A stretch of DNA of 64,000 bases from an uncultured Gemmatimonadaceae bacterium (GTDB lineage Bacteria; Gemmatimonadota; Gemmatimonadetes; Gemmatimonadales; Gemmatimonadaceae): NCBI GenBank assembly GCA_963761305.1, contig CAVXGK010000001.1:1152001-1216000 (forward strand). The letters are read 5' to 3'. Positions 1 to 8,799 of the stretch are shown one piece after another. A model generated the notes under the pieces. The model saw only the letters and a program-made list of their open reading frames with translations, ran no database searches and was not told where the DNA came from. The position numbers were made by a program, and so were the translations under genes. Position 1 is the stretch's first letter. The number at the start of each line of letters is the position of its first letter.

Positions 1-1
1 A

Positions 2-1204
2 GTCAGCCGTCTCGTAGCCGCGGCCGCCGCGGATCTGCAACGCGTCGTCGACGATGCGCCAGCCGTGCTCCGTGTTGTACATCTTGGCGATGGCGGCTTC
101 CAACCGGATGTCGTAGTTCCCGCGCTCGGCCAGGCCGACGGTGAGTCCGGCGATCGCTTCCATCGCGAACGTGTTCGCCGCCATCATGCCGAGCTTCTGC
201 GCGATCGCTTCGTGTTTGCCGATCGGGACGCCCCACTGCACGCGTTCCGTCGCCCACGTCCGCGACGCCTCGAGCAGCGCCTTGCATCCGCCGGCCGTGC
301 TCGCCGGCAGCGTGAGCCGACCCGTGTTCAGCGTGACGAGCGCGATCTTGAGCCCGCGTCCTTCTTCCCAGAGGACGTTCTCGCGCGGGACGCGGACTTT
401 ATTGAAGCGAATGACGCCGTTTTCGATGGCCTTGAGGCCCATGAAGCGGCAACGATGCACGACTTCGACGCCGGGCCACGACGCTTCGACGATGAACGCC
501 GTGATCTGCTTGCGCGTCTTGCCTTTCACGACCGCGTCGGGAGTGCGCGCCATCACGACGAACAGCTCGGCGCGCGTGCCGTTGGTGCACCAGAGCTTTT
601 CGCCCTCGAGGATGTAGTACTTCCCATCCGGCGTCAGCTCGGCGTGCGTATGCATGTTCGCCGGATCGGAGCCCGCGTCGACCTCGGTGAGGGCGAACGC
701 GCTGATCGAGCCCTTGGCCAAGCGCGGGAAATACTTGGCCTTCTGCTCGTCGTTGCCGAATAATTTGAGCGGCTGCGGCAGGCCTATCGACTGGTGTGCG
801 GAGAGCAGCGCGGTGAGCGATCCGTCCTTCGACGTCACCAGCGCCATCGCTTTCACATAACTCGAATATGAGAGTCCGAGGCCGCCGTATTCCTTCGGGA
901 TCTTGATCCCGAACGCGCCCATGTCCCGCAGCTCCTGGACGTATTCCTCGGGAATCTCACCCGTGCGGTCGATCATGTCCGCATCGACCCGCTCGAGGAA
1001 TTCGCGCAGCGTCGTCAGGAAAGGCCCCGCGCGCGCCTCTTCGTCCGGATCGTCGGGTGGGTGCGGGTGGATCAGGTCGAGGCGAAAGCGGCCGAGGAAC
1101 ATCTCGCGCACGAAACTCGGACCCGACCATTCGCTCTCGCGCGCCGCCTCCGCAACGTCTCGTGCCTCACCCTCCGAGGCATGCGTGCTCGATTGCTGTG
1201 ACAT
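2..1204 (-). CDS. Acyl-CoA dehydrogenase family protein (3' end runs off window)
   Basis: Manual translation from ATG at 1204: [15 protein letters not shown]...[16 protein letters not shown]...[13 protein letters not shown]...GEKLWCTNG...LNTGRL...[15 protein letters not shown]...[10 protein letters not shown]; typical ACAD motifs. Missing from ORF track because no stop lies in the window. Confidence 0.93.
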   Translation of the reverse strand, partial: MSQQSSTHASEGEARDVAEAARESEWSGPSFVREMFLGRFRLDLIHPHPPDDPDEEARAGPFLTTLREFLERVDADMIDRTGEIPEEYVQELRDMGAFGIKIPKEYGGLGLSYSSYVKAMALVTSKDGSLTALLSAHQSIGLPQPLKLFGNDEQKAKYFPRLAKGSISAFALTEVDAGSDPANMHTHAELTPDGKYYILEGEKLWCTNGTRAELFVVMARTPDAVVKGKTRKQITAFIVEASWPGVEVVHRCRFMGLKAIENGVIRFNKVRVPRENVLWEEGRGLKIALVTLNTGRLTLPASTAGGCKALLEASRTWATERVQWGVPIGKHEAIAQKLGMMAANTFAMEAIAGLTVGLAERGNYDIRLEAAIAKMYNTEHGWRIVDDALQIRGGRGYETAD

Positions 1205-1354
1205 GGATGACTCACATTCGGCGAAAGCATCGCCAAGGTTGGGCTTCACGGCGATGGTGCCGTCCATGGCTTCCCACGCGATCCCCCGCCGAAATATGCA
1301 ACCCGTGCGCCCAAAGCGGGTCGATCAGGAAATTCGATTCGGCGACCAGTTCGC

Positions 1355-2101
1355 TCAACGTCTCGCGTCCCCGGCGCCGCGCTCGGGCAGTGGAATCGGC
1401 TCGGTTCGCGGCTCGCGTCGCTGCTTGATCACGACCCCGACGCCGACGAGCGCGATCAACGCGAACGCGAACCACTGGATGGCGTAGTTCAGATGCGGCC
1501 CCTCGTCGAGCGGCGGCGGAGTGAGGCGCGCCAATCGGTCCGGGGCCACCACCGAATCGCCGAGCATGATCACGTAGACGGGGGCGACGGGATACGGAAG
1601 CGCTCTCCGAACCGCGGCATAGCCGAGCCGCGTGATCACGTTCGGACGCGTCGGCGACATGGTGCCGTCGACCGACGGAAGCTCTTCCACGAAGCCCGCG
1701 AATACGGAATCCCGCTCGCGCCACCTGGCGAGATCGACCGTCTCACCGTCCGGCGCGTAGACCCAGCCGCGATCGACGATCACCGCCGTGTCGCGACCCG
1801 GCACGCGGATCGGCGTCAGGATGTTCACGCCGGGCGATCCCTTGTACGACCGCGATGCGTAGACGAGCTCGTGATCATAGTCGGGCGTCCCGCTGACGTG
1901 CGCGCGCCGAAATCGAAGCGACGCCGAATCGCCGGTGAGCGTCGCGATGTTGGCGTCGGACTGCTCCAGCCGCGACATCACGAGCGCGTTGCGCGCCCGA
2001 CGTTCGGCCAACCGATGAAGCTGCCAGAAGCCCAGCCGAACGAAGATCGCCGCGGAGATGAGGGCGAACGCGACGAACGCCGGAAGACGAAGCGTGTTCA
2101 A
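1355..2101 (-). CDS. SURF1/Shy1 family protein (heme-copper oxidase assembly)
   Basis: LGFWQLHR, VIVDRGWV and HLNYAIQWFAFA motifs; two terminal TM helices; TTG start overlaps the upstream TGA. Confidence 0.93.
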   Translation of the reverse strand: MNTLRLPAFVAFALISAAIFVRLGFWQLHRLAERRARNALVMSRLEQSDANIATLTGDSASLRFRRAHVSGTPDYDHELVYASRSYKGSPGVNILTPIRVPGRDTAVIVDRGWVYAPDGETVDLARWRERDSVFAGFVEELPSVDGTMSPTRPNVITRLGYAAVRRALPYPVAPVYVIMLGDSVVAPDRLARLTPPPLDEGPHLNYAIQWFAFALIALVGVGVVIKQRREPRTEPIPLPERGAGDARR

Positions 2102-3579
2102 CGCACGGTGACGTCGAACACGCCGGTGAGCACGTCGTGGGCGGGTTTTACCTGCACCCACATGCGGTAGCGACCGGATTTCGGGAATTCATATGGAAGC
2201 GTGAACTCGCCGCTCATGGACATGCCGGACATCGGCTCCCGGTTCAGAACGCCGGGCTTGATCCGGCCGTGCGCGGTCGTGTCGCCGGCGTCGCGCGCGC
2301 GAAACACCTGCTGCGCGGTCGTCGACACCGTGCCCATCGGATGCAGATGGATGAAGACCGACTGGTCGTCGCGCACGATCACGGCGTGCGCGGCCATGCC
2401 GAGGTACGGGTTCAACGTCGCGGGGCGCCCAAGCTGGTCGTGAATGCTGAACGCGAGATCGACCGGTGTCTTGGCGACGAGCGACGTCGACGAATTGGAC
2501 AGCGTCATCGTGTAGCCATCGCCGAGCGACGTCGTCGCACCCGCGGCGGTGAGCTCCACGCCCGGCGTGCTCGCCCACGAGTCGTCGCTGTCCGAGGGCG
2601 CGATGGTGCCGAGCATCGCGGGCAGCGTGAGCGTGTCGGTCGCGGTGAGCGCGAGGCCGTTGTCGAGCATGATGTCGGCGAACAAGCGGTAGTTCCCGGC
2701 CGGAAGCCACGGCGCCTGCCCCACGAACACGAGCGAATCCTTTTCGATCGGATGCAGATGCGCGAACACGTCCATGTTCTGCCCGCCGACCAGAAACAGG
2801 TGCATCATCTTGCCGTGATCCGGCGCGACGGGCACGAAGATCGAGCGAAACTCGGCCGTATCGCGCAGCACCACTCTCATCGTGCGGTGTGTCGAGTCGC
2901 TGGTAATGGTGACGTTGGCGATGGGGGGACGGAACATCGTCCGCTGATAGTCGGCGTCGACTGAATTCCACCAACGCGCGCCGCCGAAAAGCAGGACGGC
3001 GAGAACCGGCACCGAGATCGCGGTGATGGCGTTCGCGCGCCGCTTGCGTGCGGCGTCGATCTCCTCGCCGGGAGGTACGAGACTCTCACCCGACGCCGCG
3101 CGCACGATCGTGACGAGACCGGCGACCAACAATCCGGTGAGCGCGAGGAGAATCGTAGCGAGTCCGGGAGAGATTCCGAGGCGGCCGGTGGCGAACGAAT
3201 CCACCGGCACGATTGCCGTGCCGTTTCCACGGCGGCCGTCGACGCGCACGTAGACGCTGTACGACCCGCGCGCCATGAGCCACACCTGCCCACTGTACAG
3301 CCGCGATTGACCGGCGACGCGTGCGATCTTGTCCGGCGACGGCGATCCGGCGACACCAGTTCGCCAGAACACCGACTGAATGCTCACGCTGTCCACGTCG
3401 TCGCTCGCCGTCCGCACGATCACTTCAGCGAGACCGGGCACGACGGACGGGGGTCGCACGATGGCGCGAATCACGTACGGACCCGCCGCGCCGTCGAACG
3501 TGACGTCCGGGCTGCCGACGTGTGCCGACGCGACGACCCACGCCGCGACGGCGAATGCGATTCCCGCCCAACGCTTCAT
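2098..3579 (-). CDS. Membrane-anchored periplasmic His-rich putative copper-binding protein with PmoB-like topology
   Basis: ATG 3579 overlaps upstream TGA (ATGA). Signal peptide MKRWAGIAFAVAAWVVASA, then HVGSPD; beta-rich domain; two TM helices; two beta domains with HGKMMH...AHLHP and MAAH...IHLHP; Met-rich MSGMSMS. Confidence 0.8.
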   Translation of the reverse strand: MKRWAGIAFAVAAWVVASAHVGSPDVTFDGAAGPYVIRAIVRPPSVVPGLAEVIVRTASDDVDSVSIQSVFWRTGVAGSPSPDKIARVAGQSRLYSGQVWLMARGSYSVYVRVDGRRGNGTAIVPVDSFATGRLGISPGLATILLALTGLLVAGLVTIVRAASGESLVPPGEEIDAARKRRANAITAISVPVLAVLLFGGARWWNSVDADYQRTMFRPPIANVTITSDSTHRTMRVVLRDTAEFRSIFVPVAPDHGKMMHLFLVGGQNMDVFAHLHPIEKDSLVFVGQAPWLPAGNYRLFADIMLDNGLALTATDTLTLPAMLGTIAPSDSDDSWASTPGVELTAAGATTSLGDGYTMTLSNSSTSLVAKTPVDLAFSIHDQLGRPATLNPYLGMAAHAVIVRDDQSVFIHLHPMGTVSTTAQQVFRARDAGDTTAHGRIKPGVLNREPMSGMSMSGEFTLPYEFPKSGRYRMWVQVKPAHDVLTGVFDVTVR

Positions 3580-4694
3580 CTGCGGACTCTGGTCATCCAG
3601 CGTCCGCGCGCCAGACCGATGGCGCTCGTGGCGGTGGCGATGCCGACGGCGATCAACATCTGCACCGGAAACGGCCACGATCCGGCCGGCGGCGGATCGA
3701 ACCGGCGAGTCATCGCCTCGTACGACGGCGCCATGAAGTAAACGAAGTTGTCGGCGTTGAAGAGCGGTCCGCGCGCGACGGGATTCGTCACCAGGAACGT
3801 CGCGAACGGCCACTGCACCGCGGTGAATGCCAGCACGAACACGACGCCGACGATCGGCGCCAGCTGGAGCGTGGAGAGCCGTTTGTCGAGACGATGCAGG
3901 ACGAGGTCGACGCAGAATGCCGGCACGATGAGCAGCAGCGGGAACGACAGCGCCACCATGTGCGTGACGTGCTGGTAGATCGGGCCCAGCTTGGGCGTCG
4001 CCGGGAATTGCTCGATCAGCCACATCAGCACGAGCATGATGGCCGTGTAGAACGCCGCGGCGGCGGTGGCCGGCCAACGCAGGTTGATCGCGCGCGCCAT
4101 CGCGCCGATGGCGAGAGGGAAGACGAGCGCCGTCACCTGATAGAAAGACGGGCTGTGCATCATGCGCCGTTCGCTGAACTCGGTGAGAAACAGCGCGGCG
4201 TTCATGATTACCAGGCCGCCCGTCGCGGCGAGCAGCCAGGCGAGACGTCCGCGCGCCTCCGGCGCGGCGCGATTCTGCTGGGCGAGCGTGAGCAGCACGG
4301 CGCCCAGGCAGATCGAGAAAATGCCGAGCGCGAGAACGGCGTGCGGTGGACTCACGATCTTGACGTCGAGGCCGTAGGCATTGTGCCACCAGTTGTCGAA
4401 CGGCGCCGACGTGAGCATCGCGCCGCAGCCCCAGATGCAGAGCCACGCGCCGAGCGGGCCGCGGAAACCCCAGAAGTGCACGGACGCCGCGCGCTCGGCG
4501 TCCGTCCCGGCGAACGTGGTGTGGAGCACGACCCAGCCGGAGCTCAGTCCGGCGAGCAACCCGCCGGCCTGGATCAGCAGGTGGGCGGGCGTCCAGAACG
4601 TGTCCCGCCCGATCGACATGTGCCACGAGATGTCCCAGTACACGCCGGCCATGACGCAGAAGGCGGCGAAGGCGACCGTATAAGCGTGCTTCAT
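3576..4694 (-). CDS. Polytopic membrane protein: PmoC/AmoC-like N-half fused to PmoA/AmoA-like C-half (putative CuMMO-related)
   Basis: 372 aa; WDISWHMSIGRDTFWTPAH and FDNWWHNAYGLDVKIVSPPH; C-half RWPAT..., FPLLLIVPAFCVDLVL, QWPF, GRW resembles PmoA. The CDS is certain; the functional call is inference. Confidence 0.7.
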   Translation of the reverse strand: MKHAYTVAFAAFCVMAGVYWDISWHMSIGRDTFWTPAHLLIQAGGLLAGLSSGWVVLHTTFAGTDAERAASVHFWGFRGPLGAWLCIWGCGAMLTSAPFDNWWHNAYGLDVKIVSPPHAVLALGIFSICLGAVLLTLAQQNRAAPEARGRLAWLLAATGGLVIMNAALFLTEFSERRMMHSPSFYQVTALVFPLAIGAMARAINLRWPATAAAAFYTAIMLVLMWLIEQFPATPKLGPIYQHVTHMVALSFPLLLIVPAFCVDLVLHRLDKRLSTLQLAPIVGVVFVLAFTAVQWPFATFLVTNPVARGPLFNADNFVYFMAPSYEAMTRRFDPPPAGSWPFPVQMLIAVGIATATSAIGLARGRWMTRVRR

Positions 4695-5504
4695 TTAGAA
4701 GAGACTCATCTGTTCGCCGAGCTGCTCGGGTTCCACCGCGGCCTGCCCGAACAGCCGCTGGAGATCCCGCGCTGACTCCGGCGAGTGCCCGGCGAAGTGG
4801 TTGTTGACGTATCCGTAAACCTCGCGACCCTGTTCCGCGTACGGCCAGAGCGCCTGCGTCCACGCCTCGAGCTCGCGCCGCCGGTCGACCTGGATGCGCG
4901 AGTAGTCGACGATGCCCTGGTCCGGCCCCATCCACCTGATGTAGAGAAAATCGGCCGTTGGACGGGTCGCCAACTGCAGCATCTGCTTGCGCGGAATCCA
5001 GCGCCCGTCGCTCAGCGCGAGCGCGACGTGATGCTCGGCGAGCAGCGCGAGCACGCCGTCGTGGATCCAACCCCGCTGGCGGAACTCGACGGCGAACCGG
5101 ATGTCGCGCGGCAGCTTGGGCAGAAACTGGGCGAGGGCCGGCAGCTCGTTTGGCGCGAAGTCCGGTCCGAGTTGAACGAGAACCGGCCCGAGCTTGCGGC
5201 CGAGCTCGCGTGCCCGGTCGACGAACTCATCCATGAGGTCGTCGGCGTTACGGAGCCGATGCTCGTGGGTGATCTCCTGCGGGACCTTGAGGGCGAAAAT
5301 GAAGTCGTCCGGGGTCCGCTCGGCCCAGCCGCGAACCGTTTTGGCGGCCGGCGTGGCATAGAACGTCGAATCGACCTCAACCGTGTCGAAGCCCCGCGCG
5401 TAGACGGTCAAATAGTCGGCGGGGCGAGTACCTTCAGGATAGAAGGGTCCGACCCAGGCGTCGTAGTTCCAGCCTTGTGTCCCTATGCGAATTCTGCCCG
5501 GCAT
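4695..5504 (-). CDS. DUF72 domain protein
   Basis: IRIGTQGWNY, YARGFDTVEVDSTFY, FALKVPQEITH, AVEFRQRGW, YVNNHFAGHSP; its stop abuts the next ATG. Confidence 0.93.
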   Translation of the reverse strand: MPGRIRIGTQGWNYDAWVGPFYPEGTRPADYLTVYARGFDTVEVDSTFYATPAAKTVRGWAERTPDDFIFALKVPQEITHEHRLRNADDLMDEFVDRARELGRKLGPVLVQLGPDFAPNELPALAQFLPKLPRDIRFAVEFRQRGWIHDGVLALLAEHHVALALSDGRWIPRKQMLQLATRPTADFLYIRWMGPDQGIVDYSRIQVDRRRELEAWTQALWPYAEQGREVYGYVNNHFAGHSPESARDLQRLFGQAAVEPEQLGEQMSLF

Positions 5505-5515
5505 ACGAGGAATCG

Positions 5516-5534
5516 GCACGCAAGGAATGCGTGC
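5516..5534. promoter_or_regulatory. Perfect inverted repeat GCACGCA-N5-TGCGTGC just upstream of the DUF72 operon
   Basis: Seen directly, 11 bp from the DUF72 ATG in a divergent intergenic region. Confidence 0.35.
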
Positions 5535-5651
5535 GTCAAGGCGCGAATTCGATTGCGCACGCGACCCGGTTCCGTGATATCGTGAAAGCAGGTAGACGGT
5601 GGAGGGGTGAACGCTTTGACGGCGGGCGCCGCGAGGAGAATCAGGAGCATC

Positions 5652-6215
5652 ATGCACGCGAACGATGAGAACGACAACAGCGGACCGGCAATCGATCGAA
5701 TTGAAGGCGTGTCGGGGGCGCTGGTTGGAGCAGGGATCGGCTCGGCCGCCGGGCCGGTCGGAGCGATCATCGGCAGCGTTGCGGGGGCGATCGGTGGATG
5801 GTGGGCAGGACACGCCATCATCGAGGCGGCGCGGTCGGTGAATCACGAGGACGAGGAGCATTTTCGCGAGCACTACGATTCGCTCGCGGAACGGCCGGCG
5901 GATCGAGCATACGACGACGTGCGCGGCGTGTACTACCTCGGCCAGATCGCCAGCCATCATCCCGATTTCGCGTCCGGCGAGTTCAGGGATCTGGAGGCCG
6001 AGCTCGAGAAGGGCTGGGCGACGCACGGCACCACACACGGCTCATGGGCCAGCATGCGGGATTGCGCGGCGGCCGGTTTCAACCGCGGTCGCGCGAAGCT
6101 CGACGAGATGGCGCGTCACGCGCGAGCCGAGTGGGAGAGCCGTCGCGGCGCTTCGAGCCGGCACGCACGAATGGCGAATGGCTGCCGCTCAGGACACGAA
6201 GATCTGACGCGCTAG
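5652..6215 (+). CDS. Hypothetical glycine-zipper protein
   Basis: AGGAG RBS; GALVGAGIGSAAGPVGAIIGSVAGAIGG glycine zipper followed by a helical domain. Confidence 0.75.
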   Translation: MHANDENDNSGPAIDRIEGVSGALVGAGIGSAAGPVGAIIGSVAGAIGGWWAGHAIIEAARSVNHEDEEHFREHYDSLAERPADRAYDDVRGVYYLGQIASHHPDFASGEFRDLEAELEKGWATHGTTHGSWASMRDCAAAGFNRGRAKLDEMARHARAEWESRRGASSRHARMANGCRSGHEDLTR

Positions 6216-6860
6216 CACCGGGCCGATCGATCGGTTCGAACGGCCTACGCGCAATGTGATCGGGCCGTCGAAGGGCGCCCGCGACACGACCTCGACGCGC
6301 GTGCCGGGGACGATCCCCAGCTCGGCCAAGTATCTGAGCTGTCCCGGATCGCGGTCGCCGACGCGCTCGACGCGAACGCGCCGGCCTTCGTCGACGTCGG
6401 CCAGGCTCGCCAGCGACTGTTCGCGAAGGATGCCCTCGCGGGTCGGAATCGGCGCGCCGTGCGGATCGGTCGTCGGCTCGCCGATCGCGGCGGCCATCCG
6501 ATCGATCAGCTCGTCCGACGCGGCATGCTCGAGACGCTCGGCCTCCTGGTGCACTCGGTCCCAGGGGTAGTCGAGCGCTTGCGTGAGATACGCTTCGATC
6601 ACGCGATGCCGGCGAATCGTGCGGAGCGCGGCGCGTCGGCCGTCGCGCGTGAGACGCACGCCGCGATAGCGCTCGTGCGTGATGAGGCGCTGGCCGGCCA
6701 GTCGTCGCACCATGCCGCTCACCGAGGCCGGGGCGACACCCAATTCAGCGGCGATCTCGTTGGTACCGGCCGGCTCGCCCGCGCTCTCGAGCTCGAAGAT
6801 CACCTTCAGGTAGTCTTCGGCCGGTGCGGTGAGCGGCTGGCTCGCGCGCACGGCGGTCAC
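6189..6860 (-). CDS. DtxR/MntR family metal-dependent repressor with C-terminal FeoA domain
   Basis: EDYLKVIF, RRHRVIEAYL, VHQEAERLEH, DPHGAPIP, LAELGIVPGT; GTG overlaps the USP stop. Confidence 0.95.
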   Translation of the reverse strand: MTAVRASQPLTAPAEDYLKVIFELESAGEPAGTNEIAAELGVAPASVSGMVRRLAGQRLITHERYRGVRLTRDGRRAALRTIRRHRVIEAYLTQALDYPWDRVHQEAERLEHAASDELIDRMAAAIGEPTTDPHGAPIPTREGILREQSLASLADVDEGRRVRVERVGDRDPGQLRYLAELGIVPGTRVEVVSRAPFDGPITLRVGRSNRSIGPVLARQIFVS

Positions 6861-7327
6861 AGCGGCTTCTCTGGTGGAGCGATCGGGTTCTCGCGCGGCG
6901 TTCGGCGTTCGCCGCGCACGAGCAGCACGGGCACGCGTGAGCGGTGACGTACTTCGTTCGCCACGCTGCCGTAGATGATGTCCTTGATGAATCGATGGCC
7001 GTGCGTCGACATCGCGATCAGGTCGCACGACTCGCGCGCCGCGGCGGCCGAGATCTCGCTCGCCGGATCGCCCGCGGCGAGGACGCAGTCGGCGGGCAGC
7101 CCGCTCGCGTTCAGGGCGGCGCACTGAGCCTCGATGTACTCGCGGTCCAGCCGCATCTCTTCCGATTCGCGCAGATGGAGCTGCTTCACGTTGCGCGCGG
7201 CCCATCCGTCGGCGACGTGGATGAGCACGAGCGACGCACCGCAGAACCGCGCCAGCGCGGACACGTGCTCGAGAATCGCCGAGTCGTAGTCGGAGTGCTC
7301 GAGCGGAACGAGGATGCGCTTGTACAT
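6857..7327 (-). CDS. Universal stress protein
   Basis: MYKRILVPL...LIAMSTHGH...YGSVANEVRHRSRVPVLLV; TGATG coupling to mntH. Confidence 0.93.
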   Translation of the reverse strand: MYKRILVPLEHSDYDSAILEHVSALARFCGASLVLIHVADGWAARNVKQLHLRESEEMRLDREYIEAQCAALNASGLPADCVLAAGDPASEISAAAARESCDLIAMSTHGHRFIKDIIYGSVANEVRHRSRVPVLLVRGERRTPRENPIAPPEKPL

Positions 7328-8718
7328 CAGCCGATCCCCATCCACCCGCGCACGGTTTGCGCGAGCAGCCACGCGTTCAGCGCCGCGATCGTGAGGGCGG
7401 TCGTCCACGCGACGACTTTGAGCCACGACGCGTTCACGAACGCGCCCATCTTGGCGCGATCGGACGTGAACGAGACGAGCGGAAAGACGGCGAACGAGAG
7501 CTGCAGGCTCAGAATCACCTGGCTGAGGATGAGCAACCGTGCGGTGCCGCTGGCGCCGTAGAAAATGGCGACGATGGCGGCCGGGACAATGGCGATCGCG
7601 CGCGTGATCAGCCGGCGCAGCCAGGGACGCAGCCGGATGTTGAGGAAGCCCTCCATCACGATCTGGCCGGCGAGCGTACCGGTGAGGGTCGAGTTCTGTC
7701 CCGACGCCAGGAGCGCCAGCGCGAACGCCGTGCTCGCGCCGGCGCCGAGGAGCGGCGTGAGCAGCTTGTACGCGTCCTGGATTTCGGCGACCTCGGCGTG
7801 GCCCGACGTATGGAACGTGGCCGCGGCCACGACGAGAATGGCCGCGTTGACGAAGAAGGCGAAGCTCAGCGCGATCGTCGAATCGAGAAACGCGAAGCGC
7901 ACCGCTTCGCGCCGCCCTTCGCTCGTCTCGGCGTAGCGCCGCGTCTGCACGATCGACGAATGCAGATAGAGGTTGTGCGGCATGACGGTCGCGCCGAGGA
8001 TGCCGATGGCGATGTAGAGCATCTCGGGGTCGCGGATGATGGCGGTGCTCGGCACGAACCCCTTCGCCAGTTGGCCGACGTTCGGATGCGCCAGAATGAT
8101 CTCGAACATGAAGCACAGGCCGACCGACGCAATGAGCGTGATCACCAGCGCCTCGAGCACGCGCACGCCACGATTCTGGAGCGCGAGCAGCAGCAGCACG
8201 TCGAAGCCGGTGACGAGCACGCCCACGACGATCGGCAGATGAAACAGCAGATTGAGCGCGATCGCCGAGCCGATGACTTCGGCGAGATCGCACGCGGCGA
8301 TGGCGATCTCGCAGAGGATCCAGAGCGCGGTGGCCGTGGGCTTCGAGTAGTGATCGCGGCAGGCCTGCGCGAGATCTCGGCCCGTCACGATGCCGAGCTT
8401 GGAGGCGAGCCCCTGGAGCAGCACGGCCATGATGTTCGACAGGAGCACGACACTCAGAAGCGTGTAGCCGAAGCGCGACCCGCCGGCGAGGTCGGTGGCC
8501 CAGTTGCCGGGATCCATGTACCCGACGGCGACGAGATACCCGGGTCCGGCGAACGCGAGGAGCTTGCCGAAGAACGAACGCGCGTCGATGGGGACGCTGC
8601 GGTAGACCTCCTGGAGGCTTGGCGCGACGCGCGAACGACGCCAGCCCTGCTCGGAATCGGAGTCCGGGGGCGGCTGATCGTCCTGTGGATCGGGGCGTAG
8701 GAGGCGAGGGAGAACCAA
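7327..8718 (-). CDS. mntH: Nramp family Mn2+/Fe2+ transporter
   Basis: [35 protein letters not shown]. Confidence 0.97.
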   Translation of the reverse strand: MVLPRLLRPDPQDDQPPPDSDSEQGWRRSRVAPSLQEVYRSVPIDARSFFGKLLAFAGPGYLVAVGYMDPGNWATDLAGGSRFGYTLLSVVLLSNIMAVLLQGLASKLGIVTGRDLAQACRDHYSKPTATALWILCEIAIAACDLAEVIGSAIALNLLFHLPIVVGVLVTGFDVLLLLALQNRGVRVLEALVITLIASVGLCFMFEIILAHPNVGQLAKGFVPSTAIIRDPEMLYIAIGILGATVMPHNLYLHSSIVQTRRYAETSEGRREAVRFAFLDSTIALSFAFFVNAAILVVAAATFHTSGHAEVAEIQDAYKLLTPLLGAGASTAFALALLASGQNSTLTGTLAGQIVMEGFLNIRLRPWLRRLITRAIAIVPAAIVAIFYGASGTARLLILSQVILSLQLSFAVFPLVSFTSDRAKMGAFVNASWLKVVAWTTALTIAALNAWLLAQTVRGWMGIG

Positions 8719-8741
8719 AGTGTTAGTCTGGAGACAATCAG

Positions 8742-8761
8742 AAGTTAGTTCACACTAACTT
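8742..8761. promoter_or_regulatory. Putative DtxR/MntR operator AAGTTAGT-TCAC-ACTAACTT
   Basis: Perfect 8-bp AT-rich inverted repeat with TTAG...CTAA core upstream of the mntH-usp-dtxR operon. Confidence 0.7.
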
Positions 8762-8799
8762 TCTGGCAAGGGAGATCCGGTGCGTGATGTCCCCGTCTG

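Noticed and set aside
2098..4694. Calling these genes bona fide pmoCAB/amoCAB (methane or ammonia oxidation)
   Set aside because: The PmoA GDWDFW motif is absent, the B-like protein shows no recognisable sequence identity to PmoB, the CuD Asn is Asp, and no hao/mxa/xox genes are in the window. Only a distant relationship is supported.
2098..5070. 990-aa ORF as one protein
   Set aside because: The first ~497 codons are an Arg-rich shadow frame overlapping the real 372-aa and DUF72 genes; the protein-like part begins at ATG 3579.
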